Assembly (NCBI GenBank): GCA_963755915.1
Contig: CAVWLP010000002.1
Coordinates: 1,120,001 to 1,184,000, forward strand
From: an uncultured Phycisphaerales bacterium
GTDB lineage: Bacteria > Planctomycetota > Phycisphaerae > Tepidisphaerales > Tepidisphaeraceae
Direction: 5' to 3'
DNA: 64,000 nt
The position numbers and the translations under genes are program-made. Below the pieces are notes generated by a model that saw nothing but the letters and a program-made list of their open reading frames with translations, did no database searches and was not told where the DNA came from. How positions within the stretch are numbered: position 1 is the first letter of the stretch; every line of letters starts with the position of its first letter. Of the stretch, positions 12,132-22,470 are shown one piece after another.

Positions 12132-13820
12132 CTAGTCCATCGTTCGCCAGAGTTTCGTGGCGTGCAGTCCGAGAATCGAGCAGGAGCCAAGATAGGCTGC
12201 GCCGCCGACGGTCATCAGGATTGCCAACTGCTCGGCGCTGGCCAAATGGCCATTTCCCTGGGGATAAAAGCCGAGCTGACGCACGCCCCAGCAGGCGGCG
12301 GCCATGACGCCGCAAGCGATGAGCATTCGCACCGTGCTCCCGGCGATCCGCCCCAGGCCAAGGCCGCCGACACGGCGGTCGAGGATGAGCAGCATCACGA
12401 CCGCCTGGATGGCGAAGCTGGCCAGGGTGCCGGCGGCGATGCCGGCTTCGCCGAGCCGGGTGAAGGAGAGGGGAATTTCCACCGCCGTGTTCACCAAGAT
12501 GGTGATGATCGAGACAACCAGCGGGGTAACCGTATCGTGCAGTGCGTAGTAGGCGCGGTTGAGAATCTGCTGAAGGCTGAATGCCCAGATCGCGGCGGAA
12601 TAGAAGCAGACGGATGCGGCGACCCAATAGGTGTCGAGCGGCCGAAAGCTGCCGTGCTGGAAGAGGAGGCGCACGGTGGGGTAGCGCACGAGGATCAGCC
12701 CGAGGCTGGCCGGGAGGCTTTCGAAGAGGGTGAAAAGGATTCCCTGGCGGAGTACGCGATTGAATTTCTCGGAGTCTTTATCGTGTGCATCGGTGCTGAG
12801 GCTGGGGAAGATCGCAGTGGCGACGGCGGTGGCGAAAACGCCCAAGGGAAACTGGTAGAGCATTTGCGCCCAGTTCAGTCGGGCGGCGGCACCGATGACC
12901 AGCGGGTAGTTCCAGATATGACCGAAGAGCGAGAGCTTCTGAGCTGAATTGGTTCCCGCAGTGAGGAACAGGGTGATTCCCTTGTCGAGCAGGACGGAGA
13001 TCTGCAGGACGCTGGCGCTGAGAGCTACCGGAATTGAAAGCGTGATCAGGCGTTTGATCGCGGGGCTGCGGAATCCCGTAATCCAGAGAAACTGGAAGCC
13101 GATCTGGCGCAGGGCGGGAAGAAGCATGCTGATCTGCACCGCGCCGGCGATGAGGACGAAGAAGCAGAGCCAGTAAGCGAGGCGGGATTGGAGGTCTTCG
13201 CGGAGGTCGCCGGGATGCAGCCCGATCAGGTAAGCCCCGATCACGATGACGGCGATGTGGATCAGGTTCAGCGGAACCTGCGTGAGAGCGGGCAGGCCGA
13301 AGCGTTTGTGGGTCTGAAGGATTCCGCTGAGGAAGGCGGTGCCGCAGACGAGGATGACGTACGGCAGCATGATGGCGGTGAACTTGACGACGAGGAGATT
13401 GTCCGGCCGGAGATGCACGAATCGGACGGTGAACCACAGGGCAAGTTCGCCCGCGATGGTTAGGGCGACGAGGGTAAGGGCCAGAAGATTCACGGCCGAG
13501 GCCGCGAATCGGCGGGCTTCTTTGTCGTCGCCGTTCTTGAGGGCCTGGGCGTAGAGAGGGATGAAGGCTGCGGAAAGTGCACCTTCGCCGAGGAGTTTGC
13601 GGAAGAGATTGGGGATTGAAAAGGCGACGCTGAAGGCCTGGGCGACGACGGTCGCTCCGAAATAGTTGGCGACGACGCTTTCGCGGGCCATGCCGAGGAT
13701 TCGGCTCAGGAGCGTCAGGATGGAGATCAGCTTGGCGTGTGCGACGAAAGCAGCGGCGGATTTTTTGCGCGCCTCGGGCCGCTGGGGGGAAATGGAAAAG
13801 CGAATCGCCTGCTGGGACAT
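12132..13820 (-). CDS. murJ: Lipid II flippase MurJ (MviN)
   Basis: LLSRILGMARE, AFSIPNLFRKLLGEGALSAAFIP, YQFPLGVF, RAYYALHDT. Confidence 0.93.
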   Translation of the reverse strand: MSQQAIRFSISPQRPEARKKSAAAFVAHAKLISILTLLSRILGMARESVVANYFGATVVAQAFSVAFSIPNLFRKLLGEGALSAAFIPLYAQALKNGDDKEARRFAASAVNLLALTLVALTIAGELALWFTVRFVHLRPDNLLVVKFTAIMLPYVILVCGTAFLSGILQTHKRFGLPALTQVPLNLIHIAVIVIGAYLIGLHPGDLREDLQSRLAYWLCFFVLIAGAVQISMLLPALRQIGFQFLWITGFRSPAIKRLITLSIPVALSASVLQISVLLDKGITLFLTAGTNSAQKLSLFGHIWNYPLVIGAAARLNWAQMLYQFPLGVFATAVATAIFPSLSTDAHDKDSEKFNRVLRQGILFTLFESLPASLGLILVRYPTVRLLFQHGSFRPLDTYWVAASVCFYSAAIWAFSLQQILNRAYYALHDTVTPLVVSIITILVNTAVEIPLSFTRLGEAGIAAGTLASFAIQAVVMLLILDRRVGGLGLGRIAGSTVRMLIACGVMAAACWGVRQLGFYPQGNGHLASAEQLAILMTVGGAAYLGSCSILGLHATKLWRTMD

Positions 13821-13844
13821 CCGTGTCCTCGAGTGATCCGCGGG

Positions 13845-14882
13845 TCAGCGGATCAGTTTAATTTTGATGGCTCTGGCCGCGGCGGCCGGGTCTTGCGAAC
13901 CGGTGACCGAGGCGGCGACGGCGATGCGGGAAATCCCGGCTGCCAGGACCTTATCGACATTTTCGGGTCCGATTCCCGAGATGGCGAAGGCCGGCAGGTC
14001 GATCTCGCGTGCCGCCTGGGCAGCATACTCCAACCCGGCAATAAAGTCGCGGGGTTTGGTGGAGCTTGGAAAAGTCGGACCAACGCCGATGTAGTCGGCG
14101 CCGTCGGCGACGGCGCGGCGGGCGTGGTCGAGATTGTGGGTGCTGACGCCGATGATTTTTTCGTGGCCCAGGATTTTGCGGGCGGCAAGGGCGGGCATGT
14201 CGTCCTGGCCGAGGTGAACGCCGTCGGCGCCCGCGGCGAGGGCGATGTCGATGCGGTCGTTGATGATGCAGACAACCGATGCCTTGTGGCAGAGGTTAGC
14301 GAGCTGAGTGGCGCGGTCGAGGAGCTGGGCGCCGGGCATATCTTTTTCGCGAAGCTGGAGACAATCGGCGCCGCCTTCAATGGCGAGCTCGGCGGTGCGA
14401 AGCCAGGGCAGGCGGCAGAAGGATTCGGTGATCAGGACGTATAGCTTTACGGCGGCCATTCGCTCGCGCGGGCGAAGGGTCAGGGCGATGCGCTGTTCGA
14501 CGGCATACAGGCGGTAACGCAAGGATTCGACCTTCCCGGCATCCGCGGGGTTTTGGGTCTTCAGGTACTCCTCGATCGAGCGCAAGGCTTCGGAGGCGCG
14601 CTTTCCGGCGGCGGTCACAACATGCGCGAGGTCTGTTCGCGATTGCTCCTGCGGGGTGGTGATCGTTGTGCCTACGTCGCCGGCGATGTCGCGATGGATG
14701 ATGGCTTCGGGGAGGGTCGGAGCCAGAACCTCGGCCAGTTCGTGGCGGAGATTTTTTATTTCTCGCGAAAGCGCTTCATCATTGCGGATGAAGCGGGCGA
14801 AGTCTTCGAGGGTGCGCAGGGCCTCGCGGGCGCGGTTGGCGCTGGCGTCGAGCAGACGCAGAATCGCGGGGTCAGCGGGCAC
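13845..14882 (-). CDS. thiE: Thiamine-phosphate synthase with N-terminal ThiD2-like domain
   Basis: RLLDASANRAREALRTLED; QLREKD, INDRIDIA, GVHLGQDD, GVSTH, GPTFPSSTK. Confidence 0.93.
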   Translation of the reverse strand: MPADPAILRLLDASANRAREALRTLEDFARFIRNDEALSREIKNLRHELAEVLAPTLPEAIIHRDIAGDVGTTITTPQEQSRTDLAHVVTAAGKRASEALRSIEEYLKTQNPADAGKVESLRYRLYAVEQRIALTLRPRERMAAVKLYVLITESFCRLPWLRTAELAIEGGADCLQLREKDMPGAQLLDRATQLANLCHKASVVCIINDRIDIALAAGADGVHLGQDDMPALAARKILGHEKIIGVSTHNLDHARRAVADGADYIGVGPTFPSSTKPRDFIAGLEYAAQAAREIDLPAFAISGIGPENVDKVLAAGISRIAVAASVTGSQDPAAAARAIKIKLIR

Positions 14883-14921
14883 AATTGCGATTATAGACGC
14901 AGGCCGCTCTTCGCTGAAATT

Positions 14922-15512
14922 TCAGGCGGTCGGAACCAGGTCGCATGCCTCGGGGGGCATCCAGTGGTTGGGCTTGTCCTGCCATTTCACGTTGCAACCG
15001 AGCGGGTTGATCTGCTCGATGGGCGGCTTTTTGCCGGCGAGGATCGCGTCGACCGCATCCCGCAGCTCGTGGGTCTTGGCCAGGGCTTCCATCTTTGGGT
15101 TGTCGTCCATCCGGCCGGTGTAACGCAGCTTGCGCTGGGCGTCGAAGACGTAAAAGTGCGGGGTGCGAAGAGCGCCGTATTTCAGCGCGACTTCCTGCGA
15201 CTCATCGCGCAAGTAGGCGAAGGGGAATTTTTTCTCCTTGGCGCGGGTGACCATGTTGTCGAACGAATCGCCGGGGTGCTCCTTGGTTTCGTTGGAGTTG
15301 ATGGCGACCATCACGAGCCCTTTGGATTTATAATCGTTGGCGAAGCGGATCATGCGTTCTTCGCTGCCGACGACGTAGGGGCAGTGGTTGCAGGAGAAGA
15401 CGACGACGAGGAGCTTGGCGTCTTTGAAGTTTGCCAGGGTGTAGTTTTTGCCGTCGACGCCGGGGAGATTGAAGTCGGGGGCGGATTGGCCGATTGCGAG
15501 TGTGAATGCCAT
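14922..15512 (-). CDS. Thioredoxin-like (AhpC/TSA-type) redoxin
   Basis: [37 protein letters not shown]. Confidence 0.9.
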   Translation of the reverse strand: MAFTLAIGQSAPDFNLPGVDGKNYTLANFKDAKLLVVVFSCNHCPYVVGSEERMIRFANDYKSKGLVMVAINSNETKEHPGDSFDNMVTRAKEKKFPFAYLRDESQEVALKYGALRTPHFYVFDAQRKLRYTGRMDDNPKMEALAKTHELRDAVDAILAGKKPPIEQINPLGCNVKWQDKPNHWMPPEACDLVPTA

Positions 15513-15641
15513 GAGAATGATCCTCCTTTGGGGTTAGGGTCTGGGGAATAATAGCGGGTGTTATGCGATGTCTCAAAATATTTTCAGGCGGTCCCGGCCG
15601 GAAATGCCGATTGCCAAATGAAGAATGAAGAGATTCGCGAG

Positions 15642-17009
15642 TCAGCGGGGCATGAGGATTCTGGCGGGCCATTGCATGGGGAGGTCGGGGACCAGAAACG
15701 CGTCTGGCTTTGAGAGAACCGCTTCGGCGGCGAGGTAGCCGCTACGGACGGCGCCTTCCATGGTGGCGGGCCAGCCGGTGCGGGTGAAGTCGCCGGCAAG
15801 ATATAGGTCTTGGATGCCATCTGCGGGTGGCGATTGGGAGGGGCGATATTGATCTGTGCCGGGGGCGGGGGAGAAGGTGGCGCGTTTTTCGATGATGATG
15901 GAGCCGCGGAGGAGGTTGGCGCTTGCGCTTCGGGGAAGGTTTGGCGGATTTGATTGGTGAAGAGATTGAGGAGTTCGTTTGTGTCGCGCTGGAGGTAATC
16001 GCGGGCGGCGCTGATGACGCCGTGGACGGCGCGGCCGTCGGAGTTGGGTTTGCGGAAGAGCCATTGGAGCTGGCCTGAGATTAAGGCTGCGTGGGGCGTC
16101 GAGATCACGGGGCGGTCGAACCAGAGGTGAGCGCCGAGGATGGGGACACTTTGGAGTTTTTCGAGATTGGCGAATCGGGAATCGCGCGCCGCGAGTTCTG
16201 GCGGGATCCATTTTTCCAGGGCGGGGTAATTGATTGCGAGGATGACCGCATCGGCGGGAAGGAATTCGCCGGCGAGTTCGATGCCGACGGCGCGATTGTT
16301 TTCGAAGCGGATGGAGGTCATGCGGGCGCCGAGGCGGACGTCTTTGCAGGGGAGCGTGCGATAGAGCTCGCCGAGGGGGCAGGCGGGGGTGCCCATTTTG
16401 TATGCGGCGTTGTTGGCGAGCATTCCTTCCTGGAAGACCTGGATGGCGTAAGAGGCGGCGGCGTCGCGGCAGTTTTCGTTCAGGGCGCTGACGAGGACGA
16501 GATTGTAAAATTTGTCGATCAGGGAATCGGGCTGGTTGTGCTGGGAGAGCCATTGGCCGAAGGAGATGTCGGACGAGCGCCGCGCGGCCGGCGGAGCCGA
16601 GGCGGAGCATGGCGAGCATCGCCTGGGAGAGGGCGATTCTTTCGCCGAAGGTGAGAGCGCCAAAAGATGCGCCGGCGAGGGCGAGATTGAAGGGGGCGGG
16701 GAAGGCGTTGAAGCCCCAGAGGCGGTGTTCACGGCCGCGGGGGTCGAAGAAGTGAAGCGTGTCCTGCCAGTGGATGAGATGTTCGACGCCGATGCGGCGG
16801 TAGAAGTCGATGAGGTTGGTGCAGCAGCCGAGGAGAACGTGCTGGCAGTTGTCGAGGATTTCGCCGGTTTTGGGGTCTTCGAAGGAGCCGGCGCGTCCGC
16901 CGAGGGTTTTGCGGGCTTCGATGAGGGTGACAGAGAGGCCGGCGGATTCGAGGGCAACGGCGGCGGCCATTCCCGCGAGTCCACCGCCGACGATGAGGAC
17001 GCGGTTCAC
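15642..17009 (-). CDS. hpnE: Hydroxysqualene dehydroxylase; two apparent frameshifts (~16573, ~15925)
   Basis: GGGLAG FAD motif, LGGRAGSF, DNCQHVLLGC, LAGDFTRTGWPATMEGAVRSG; follows hpnC-hpnD. Confidence 0.92.
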   Translation of the reverse strand: MNRVLIVGGGLAGMAAAVALESAGLSVTLIEARKTLGGRAGSFEDPKTGEILDNCQHVLLGCCTNLIDFYRRIGVEHLIHWQDTLHFFDPRGREHRLWGFNAFPAPFNLALAGASFGALTFGERIALSQAMLAMLRLGSAGRAALVRHLLRPMALPAQPARFPDRQILQSRPRQRPERKLPRRRRLLRHPGLPGRNARQQRRIQNGHPRLPPRRALSHAPLQRRPPRRPHDLHPLRKQSRRRHRTRRRIPSRRCGHPRNQLPRPGKMDPARTRGARFPIRQSRKTPKCPHPRRSPLVRPPRDLDAPRSLNLRPAPMALPQTQLRRPRRPRRHQRRPRLPPARHKRTPQSLHQSNPPNLPRSASANLLRGSIIIEKRATFSPAPGTDQYRPSQSPPADGIQDLYLAGDFTRTGWPATMEGAVRSGYLAAEAVLSKPDAFLVPDLPMQWPARILMPR

Positions 17010-17046
17010 TTTGGCCTCCGCGAATCGGAATGAATAAATAAAGGAT

Positions 17047-17246
17047 CACCGCGAAGGCGCGAAGAGCGCGAAGGGGGGGAAGCGGAGAGAAGTGTGAAAG
17101 GTCAGCAGCGAAGGTGGGGGCTTCATTTTGCCTGATGTTTTCACGGCCCTCACCCCAGCCCTCTCCCGGAGTACCGGGCGAGGGGGAAAGGCAGTGGGTG
17201 CGACGGTGCGCCGAATATTCCTTCGCGCTCTTCGCGTCTTCGCGGT
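17047..17246. repeat. Composite repeat: inverted (CGCGAAG)x3 / (CTTCGCG)x3 arms enclosing a CCCTCTCCC-family REP (17145-17186)
   Basis: CACCGCGAAGGCGCGAAGAGCGCGAAG at 17047-17073; CTTCGCGCTCTTCGCGTCTTCGCGGT at 17221-17246. Confidence 0.85.
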
Positions 17247-17249
17247 AAG

Positions 17250-18147
17250 TCATTTGGATCGGGCGGCTCGCCAGGCGATGCGGAGTTTCGTAACCGTGGA
17301 GAGGGAGACGCGCTCGTGGAGGACGCGTGCGGGGTCGGCGGTCATTTTCAGAAGAATGCCGTGGTAGATCTGGGTCATCGCTCTGAGGGTGGGGCGGCAA
17401 TCCTGGGTAATCAGCGATTCGAGCGCGGCGGAGCGATCGTAGAAGCCGGCGGCGCGGGAGAGCTGGGACTGCATCATGGCGACGAAGCCTGGGGGCGTTT
17501 GGCCGTTGGTGAGGGATTTTGCGGTGATGTCGTGGGACTGGAGCTCGGCGTGCGGCAGATAAACCCGGCCGCGGCCGGTGTCTTCGCGGAGGTCGCGGAG
17601 GATGTTGGTGAGCTGAAACGCGATGCCGCGATCGATCGCGAGGGCCTCGGTCGCGGAGCCGCCCTGGAAGCCCCAGATATAGATGCTGGCGAGGCCGACC
17701 ACGCCGGCCACGCGATAGCAATATTCGCGGAGCTGATCGAAGGTTTCGAAGACGGGGGAATCGAGGTCCTGGCGCTGGCCGGCGATCACGTCGTGAAAGA
17801 GATGGTGCGGAACGGTGTAGGTGTGGACCATCTCGGTGAATGCGGGCCAGAGGAGATGGGCGTCGCGGCGTGGTTTGGCCGGCGAGGGCGGATTGGGTGG
17901 CTTCGCTCCAGGCATCGAGGGCTTCGGATCGCTGGGCGATGGTGTGGCCATCCTGGCCGTCGGCGATGTCGTCGACGAGGCGCATGTAGGCGTAGAGCGC
18001 GAACATGGCGGTGCGTTTTCGCTGGGGGAGAAGTTTTAATCCGTAATAGAAATTCCGGGCTTCGCGCTTGGTGAGGTCGGCGCAATATTCGCGGGATTGG
18101 GCGAGCGTGGCGTCGGCGCGGGAAGTGGCGGGAGCGGTAAGGCTCAT
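17250..18147 (-). CDS. hpnD: Presqualene diphosphate synthase HpnD (squalene/phytoene synthase family); one apparent frameshift near 17873
   Basis: NFYYG, LYAYMRLVDDIAD, YCYRVAGVVG, FQLTNILRDLRED, GRVYLP; ATGA overlap with hpnC. Confidence 0.9.
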
Positions 18148-19070
18148 GGGCGGCCTCCGGTAAAGAGGCGGCCGGCAAGGGCCGTGAGCGTTGAGAAAAT
18201 CAGCTTGCCCTTTTGCCACCTGGAAAGGGCGGGGCGGCTGGAAAGCGTGTCGTAATTCTGGCGGCGGATGGAGCTGAGCACGGCGCGGCCGCCCTTGCCG
18301 AAGAGGGAAATCTGCATTCGCACCGAGGGGCGAAGCAGAGGCAGCAGGGCGATGCCGCGGTCGAAGAGGTCGGCGGTGCGATCAACTTCGAAGCGAAGCA
18401 GGGCGCGGAAATTGTCGTCGCACTTACCGTCAACGATTTGCTGCTCGGTGACGTTGAAGCGCGCCATGGAATCGCGCGGGATGTAGATGCGGTCGCGGTC
18501 GAGGATATCGCGGCGAACGTCCTGCCAGAAGTTGGCGAGCTGGAGGGCGGTGCAGGTCTGGTCGGAAAGTTCCTGGCGCTGGGGGTCGTTGTAGCCACAG
18601 AGATAGAGGACGAGCCGGCCGACGGGATTGGCGCTGCGGCGGCAATAATCGAGGAGCTGGGGATAGTCGTCGTAGCGGGTGATGCGCTGGTCCTGCTGGA
18701 AGGCGTCGATGAGGTCGAGGAACGGCTGGGGGGACAGATGATGGCGGTCGATGGTTTGCCGCAGGGCGATGAAGACCGGGGTCTTGGTGGGGGTCTTTGT
18801 GGGGCCCGCGAAACAGTCAAGGGTTTGGGCGCGGAAATCGTCGAGGAGGCGGAGGGATTCTTCGCGGTCGCCGACTTCGTCGCCGAGATCGTCGGCGACG
18901 CGGCAGAAGGCGTAGACGTTGCTGAAATCCTGGCGGAGATGGCGCGGGAGGAGGAGGGAAACGACGGAAAAGTTTTCGTAATGGGTTTGCGCGAGCTTGC
19001 GCGTTTGATCCTGCGCGGCGGAGAGGTTTTCGGCGGCCGCGCCGGCCATGTGGATAGTTGATGCGCTCAC
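18144..19070 (-). CDS. hpnC: Squalene synthase HpnC
   Basis: HYENFSVVS, YAFCRVADDLGDE, YCRRSANPVGRLVL, LQLANFWQD. Confidence 0.93.
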   Translation of the reverse strand: MSASTIHMAGAAAENLSAAQDQTRKLAQTHYENFSVVSLLLPRHLRQDFSNVYAFCRVADDLGDEVGDREESLRLLDDFRAQTLDCFAGPTKTPTKTPVFIALRQTIDRHHLSPQPFLDLIDAFQQDQRITRYDDYPQLLDYCRRSANPVGRLVLYLCGYNDPQRQELSDQTCTALQLANFWQDVRRDILDRDRIYIPRDSMARFNVTEQQIVDGKCDDNFRALLRFEVDRTADLFDRGIALLPLLRPSVRMQISLFGKGGRAVLSSIRRQNYDTLSSRPALSRWQKGKLIFSTLTALAGRLFTGGRP

Positions 19071-19185
19071 GCGAGCGGCATTCTCACTGTTTTTGTCGAT
19101 TTTGCCAAGAGTTTATCCGCGGGCGACAGTGTTACGAGAGTTGGCCTGTTAACAATAGAGCCTCAATTTTTTGTATAAACGCAGT

Positions 19186-20172
19186 ATGGCGCTCAAAATC
19201 CTGTATATCGGCGGCAGCGGCGAAGTTTCTCCCGGATGCATCGAGGCGGGGCTGGAACTGGGGCAGGATATATCGGTCTACAACCGGGGGACGAGCGGCG
19301 TGGCGCTGCCGAAGGGGGCTAAGCATATTCGCGGGGATGCCGGCGATGAATCGGCGTATCTGGCGCTGGGGAAGCAGAAATGGGACGTGGTGTGCCAGTT
19401 TCGCAGCTTTGGGATGGACCAGTGCGAGCGCGATATCCGGGCGTTCGCGGGGAATGTAGGGCAGTTTGTGTTCATCTCGACGGCGATGGTTTATGAGCGG
19501 CCGCCGGGGAAGCTGCCGATTACCGAATCGGCGCTGCGGGGGAATCCTTATTCGCCGGATTATGCACAGAAGAAGATCGCGATCGAGGATCGGCTGATGG
19601 AGCTGCACCGCGCGAAAAAGATGGCGGTGACGATCGTGAGGCCGAGCCATACGATCCGCAGCCATTTTCCGGGGACGTTTATCAGCGGGGACGAGATTGC
19701 CTGGCGGCTATTGAGCGGCAAGCCGGTGGTGGTCCATGGGGATGGATCGAGCCTGTGGGCGCTGACGCGCTCGGAGGATTTCGGGTGGGCGTTTGCGAGA
19801 TTGCTCGGAAATGGGAAGGCGCTGGGGGAGGCGTATCACATTACGACGGACGTGGCGGTGCCGTGGGATGCGATCCACCGTGAGATCGCCGTGGCGCTGG
19901 GGGCGCCTGAGCCGAAGCTGGTGCATGTGGCCAGCGATGAGCTGGCGAAGTATGAGCCGAAGTGGGCGCAGAGCCTGCATGGGGATAAGACGGCGAGTTG
20001 CGTGTTTGATAACAGCAAGGTGAAGGAGGCGGTGGGGGGGTGGGAGTGCCGGTATGGGTTGGGGGAGACGCTGAGGATGTCGGCTGGGTGGGTGAAGAAG
20101 AGACTGCTGAATTTTTCGCCTGACGGGGAGTTGGGACGTTTGATCGACAAAATTGTCGAGAGGCATTCGTGA
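19186..20172 (+). CDS. NAD-dependent epimerase/dehydratase family protein
   Basis: ILYIGGSGEVS, YNRG, YAQKK, TIVRPSHT. Confidence 0.88.
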   Translation: MALKILYIGGSGEVSPGCIEAGLELGQDISVYNRGTSGVALPKGAKHIRGDAGDESAYLALGKQKWDVVCQFRSFGMDQCERDIRAFAGNVGQFVFISTAMVYERPPGKLPITESALRGNPYSPDYAQKKIAIEDRLMELHRAKKMAVTIVRPSHTIRSHFPGTFISGDEIAWRLLSGKPVVVHGDGSSLWALTRSEDFGWAFARLLGNGKALGEAYHITTDVAVPWDAIHREIAVALGAPEPKLVHVASDELAKYEPKWAQSLHGDKTASCVFDNSKVKEAVGGWECRYGLGETLRMSAGWVKKRLLNFSPDGELGRLIDKIVERHS

Positions 20173-20177
20173 GTTCG

Positions 20178-20206
20178 GCGCGCTTCCCTTCGGGTCGCGG
20201 CTAAAC
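20178..20206. repeat. GTAG/TTAG-tagged REP-like hairpin overlapping the hflX stop codon
   Basis: Minus strand GTTTAGCCGCGACCCGAAGGGAAGCGCGC; shares GTTTAGC head with 31499-31523. Confidence 0.6.
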
Positions 20207-21533
20207 TTGCTTCATTTCAACCTGCTCATTCCGCGACAAATCCGCGAAGACTCTCTTGCTCATCGTCGCATGAACGATCGTGCGATCCGGGGTGAATTTG
20301 CGGTCGCGGATCTGGCAGTGACTTTCGATGAACGCCAGTAGTTTCCCGTTGGTGGATTCGATTTCGAGAACGGCGTCAATCTGCTGGGCGCCGACTTCCT
20401 TCTGAACGGCCACATGCAGGCGGTCAATTCCTTTTCCGGTTTTCGCGCTTAGTGGAATTGCGTTGGGATGAAGCGTGCGCCATTCGGGAAAATTCTCTTC
20501 GCCTTCGGGCGTGTCGATCTTGTTGAGCAGAAGCATTTCCGGTTTTTCCTGCACGCCGATTTCTTCCAGAACCTGGTGGACGGAATCAAATTGCTGCTGC
20601 GCGTGGGGATGGCCGACGTCCAGGACGTGCAGGAGAAGATCCGCGTGGACGGCTTCTTCAAGGGTGGCCTTGAAGCTGGCGACGAGGTTGTGGGGCAGAT
20701 CGCGGACGAAACCGACGGTGTCGCTGAGCAGCACCTGCACGCCGCGGTCGAGCTTCCAGGCGCGGGTTTTGGTGTCGAGCGTGGCGAAGAGCTTGTCATC
20801 CGCGTAAGTGCCGGCGGCGGTGAGGGTGTTGAACAGCGTGCTCTTGCCGGCGTTGGTGTAGCCGACGATGCAGATCGTGAAGTGCTCGCGCGTTCGCTCG
20901 GCCACCATTCGCGTTTTGCGCTGCTGGATTTTCTGGATGTCACCCTGGAGCCGGGAGATGCGTTTGCGGACGAGCCGGCGGTCGATTTCAAGCTGTTGTT
21001 CGCCAGGACCGCGGGTGCCGATGCCCGCCGGCGCGCTGCCGGCGATGCGCTCGAGGTGGCCCCACATGCGGGTCAGGCGCGGGTAGGTGTATTGCATCTG
21101 GGCCAATTCGACCTGGAGCTTGGCTTCGCTGGTCTGGGCGCGGGTGGCGAAAATATCGAGGATCAGCTCCGAGCGATCCAGGACCTTGATCCCCTCCATA
21201 GGCGGGCTGGCGGCTTCCTCGTTGATGATCTTTTCCAGGCCGCCGATCTGACCGGGGGAAAGATCGTTGTCGAAGACGATGACGTCGGCCTCCTTGGCGA
21301 TGGCGAGGGCGGCGATTTCTTTGACTTTGCCGGAGCCGACGTAGGTGCCGGCGTCGATTCGCTGCCGGCGCTGGGTGATGGTGCCGACGACGCTTCGCGC
21401 CGGCGGTTTTGGCGAGGGACGCCAGCTCGCCGAGCGGATCGCGCGGATCGGCTGTTGAATTGGGCAAAATAACCCCGACCAGGATAGCCTGCTCCTGGCG
21501 GACGGAGAGTTTGGTGCGTTTCAGTTCTGCCAT
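20201..21533 (-). CDS. hflX: GTPase HflX; one apparent frameshift near 21393
   Basis: ELASLAKTAGA, LILDIFATRA, EAKLQVELAQ, GYTNAGKSTL, LFATLD, DTVGF, NKID. Confidence 0.96.
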
Positions 21534-21680
21534 AACGGTCGGGCCGGTGGTAAATGCCGATTGCCGAGCGGGACATGCTAACCAAACCTTGACTGGCGTC
21601 CATGGGAATGGGCAGCTACAATTTGAGGCTGGATTTGGGCGTTGCGACTTGAGAGATTTTACTGAGGTTATTGACAGCGC

Positions 21681-22363
21681 ATGCAATCAAATTCACCGCC
21701 CATCTCGTCGCCGGGAATCGCTTCGGGGGCCTACGCGCTCAACGCCAACGTGCTGGTGCTGAACCGTTTTTACCAGGCGATTCGGGTGATCGAATGTTCG
21801 CCGGGCGTTTTCGCTGCTGTGCCGGGAGCTGGCGGAAGTCATCCACATCGAAACCGACAACGCGGGGCAGAGCCGGTGGCAGAATTTCAACTTTGACGAT
21901 TGGCGCGAGATCAGTCAGCTCAAGGCGGAATTTGAGCCGGAGGAGTACGACTGGATTCACACGGTTCGATTTCAGATCGCGGTGCCGCGGATCATCCGAC
22001 TGCTGGGGTACGAAAAGCTGCCGCGGCAGGATGTGAAATTCAACCGGCGCAACATCTACGCCCGCGACGGCAACCGCTGCCAGTACTGCGGCAAGCGGAT
22101 GCCGACAACCGAGCTGTCGCTGGACCACGTGGTCCCCAAGAGCCAGGGCGGGCGGAGCACATGGGAGAACATCGTCTGCTGCTGCGTGAAGATGCAACGT
22201 GAAAAAGGGCGGGCGGACGCCGGAGCAGGCGCACATGCATCTGATGGTGAAGCCTGTGAAGCCGAAGCGCAGCCCGGTGATCAACATCCGCCTGGCGGAT
22301 GCGCGGTATTCGAGCTGGAAGCAGTTCCTGGATACGGCGTATTGGACGGTGGAGCTGAAGTAG
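21681..22363 (+). CDS. HNH endonuclease (McrA-like, conserved type); two apparent frameshifts (~21792, ~22192)
   Basis: VLVLNRFY, FNRRNIYARDGNRCQYCG, DHVVPKSQGG..TWENIV; shifted frame gives CNVKKGGRTPEQA...YWTVELK*. Confidence 0.9.
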
Positions 22364-22470
22364 CGCTCGCAAGCGGGGAAATGCAATAGTTGAGAGTCGC
22401 AATAAAACTTTCCCGTTGAAGAATCTCCAGGTAAAATTCCGCGCCAACCAAAACATGACACGGAGGTCCC

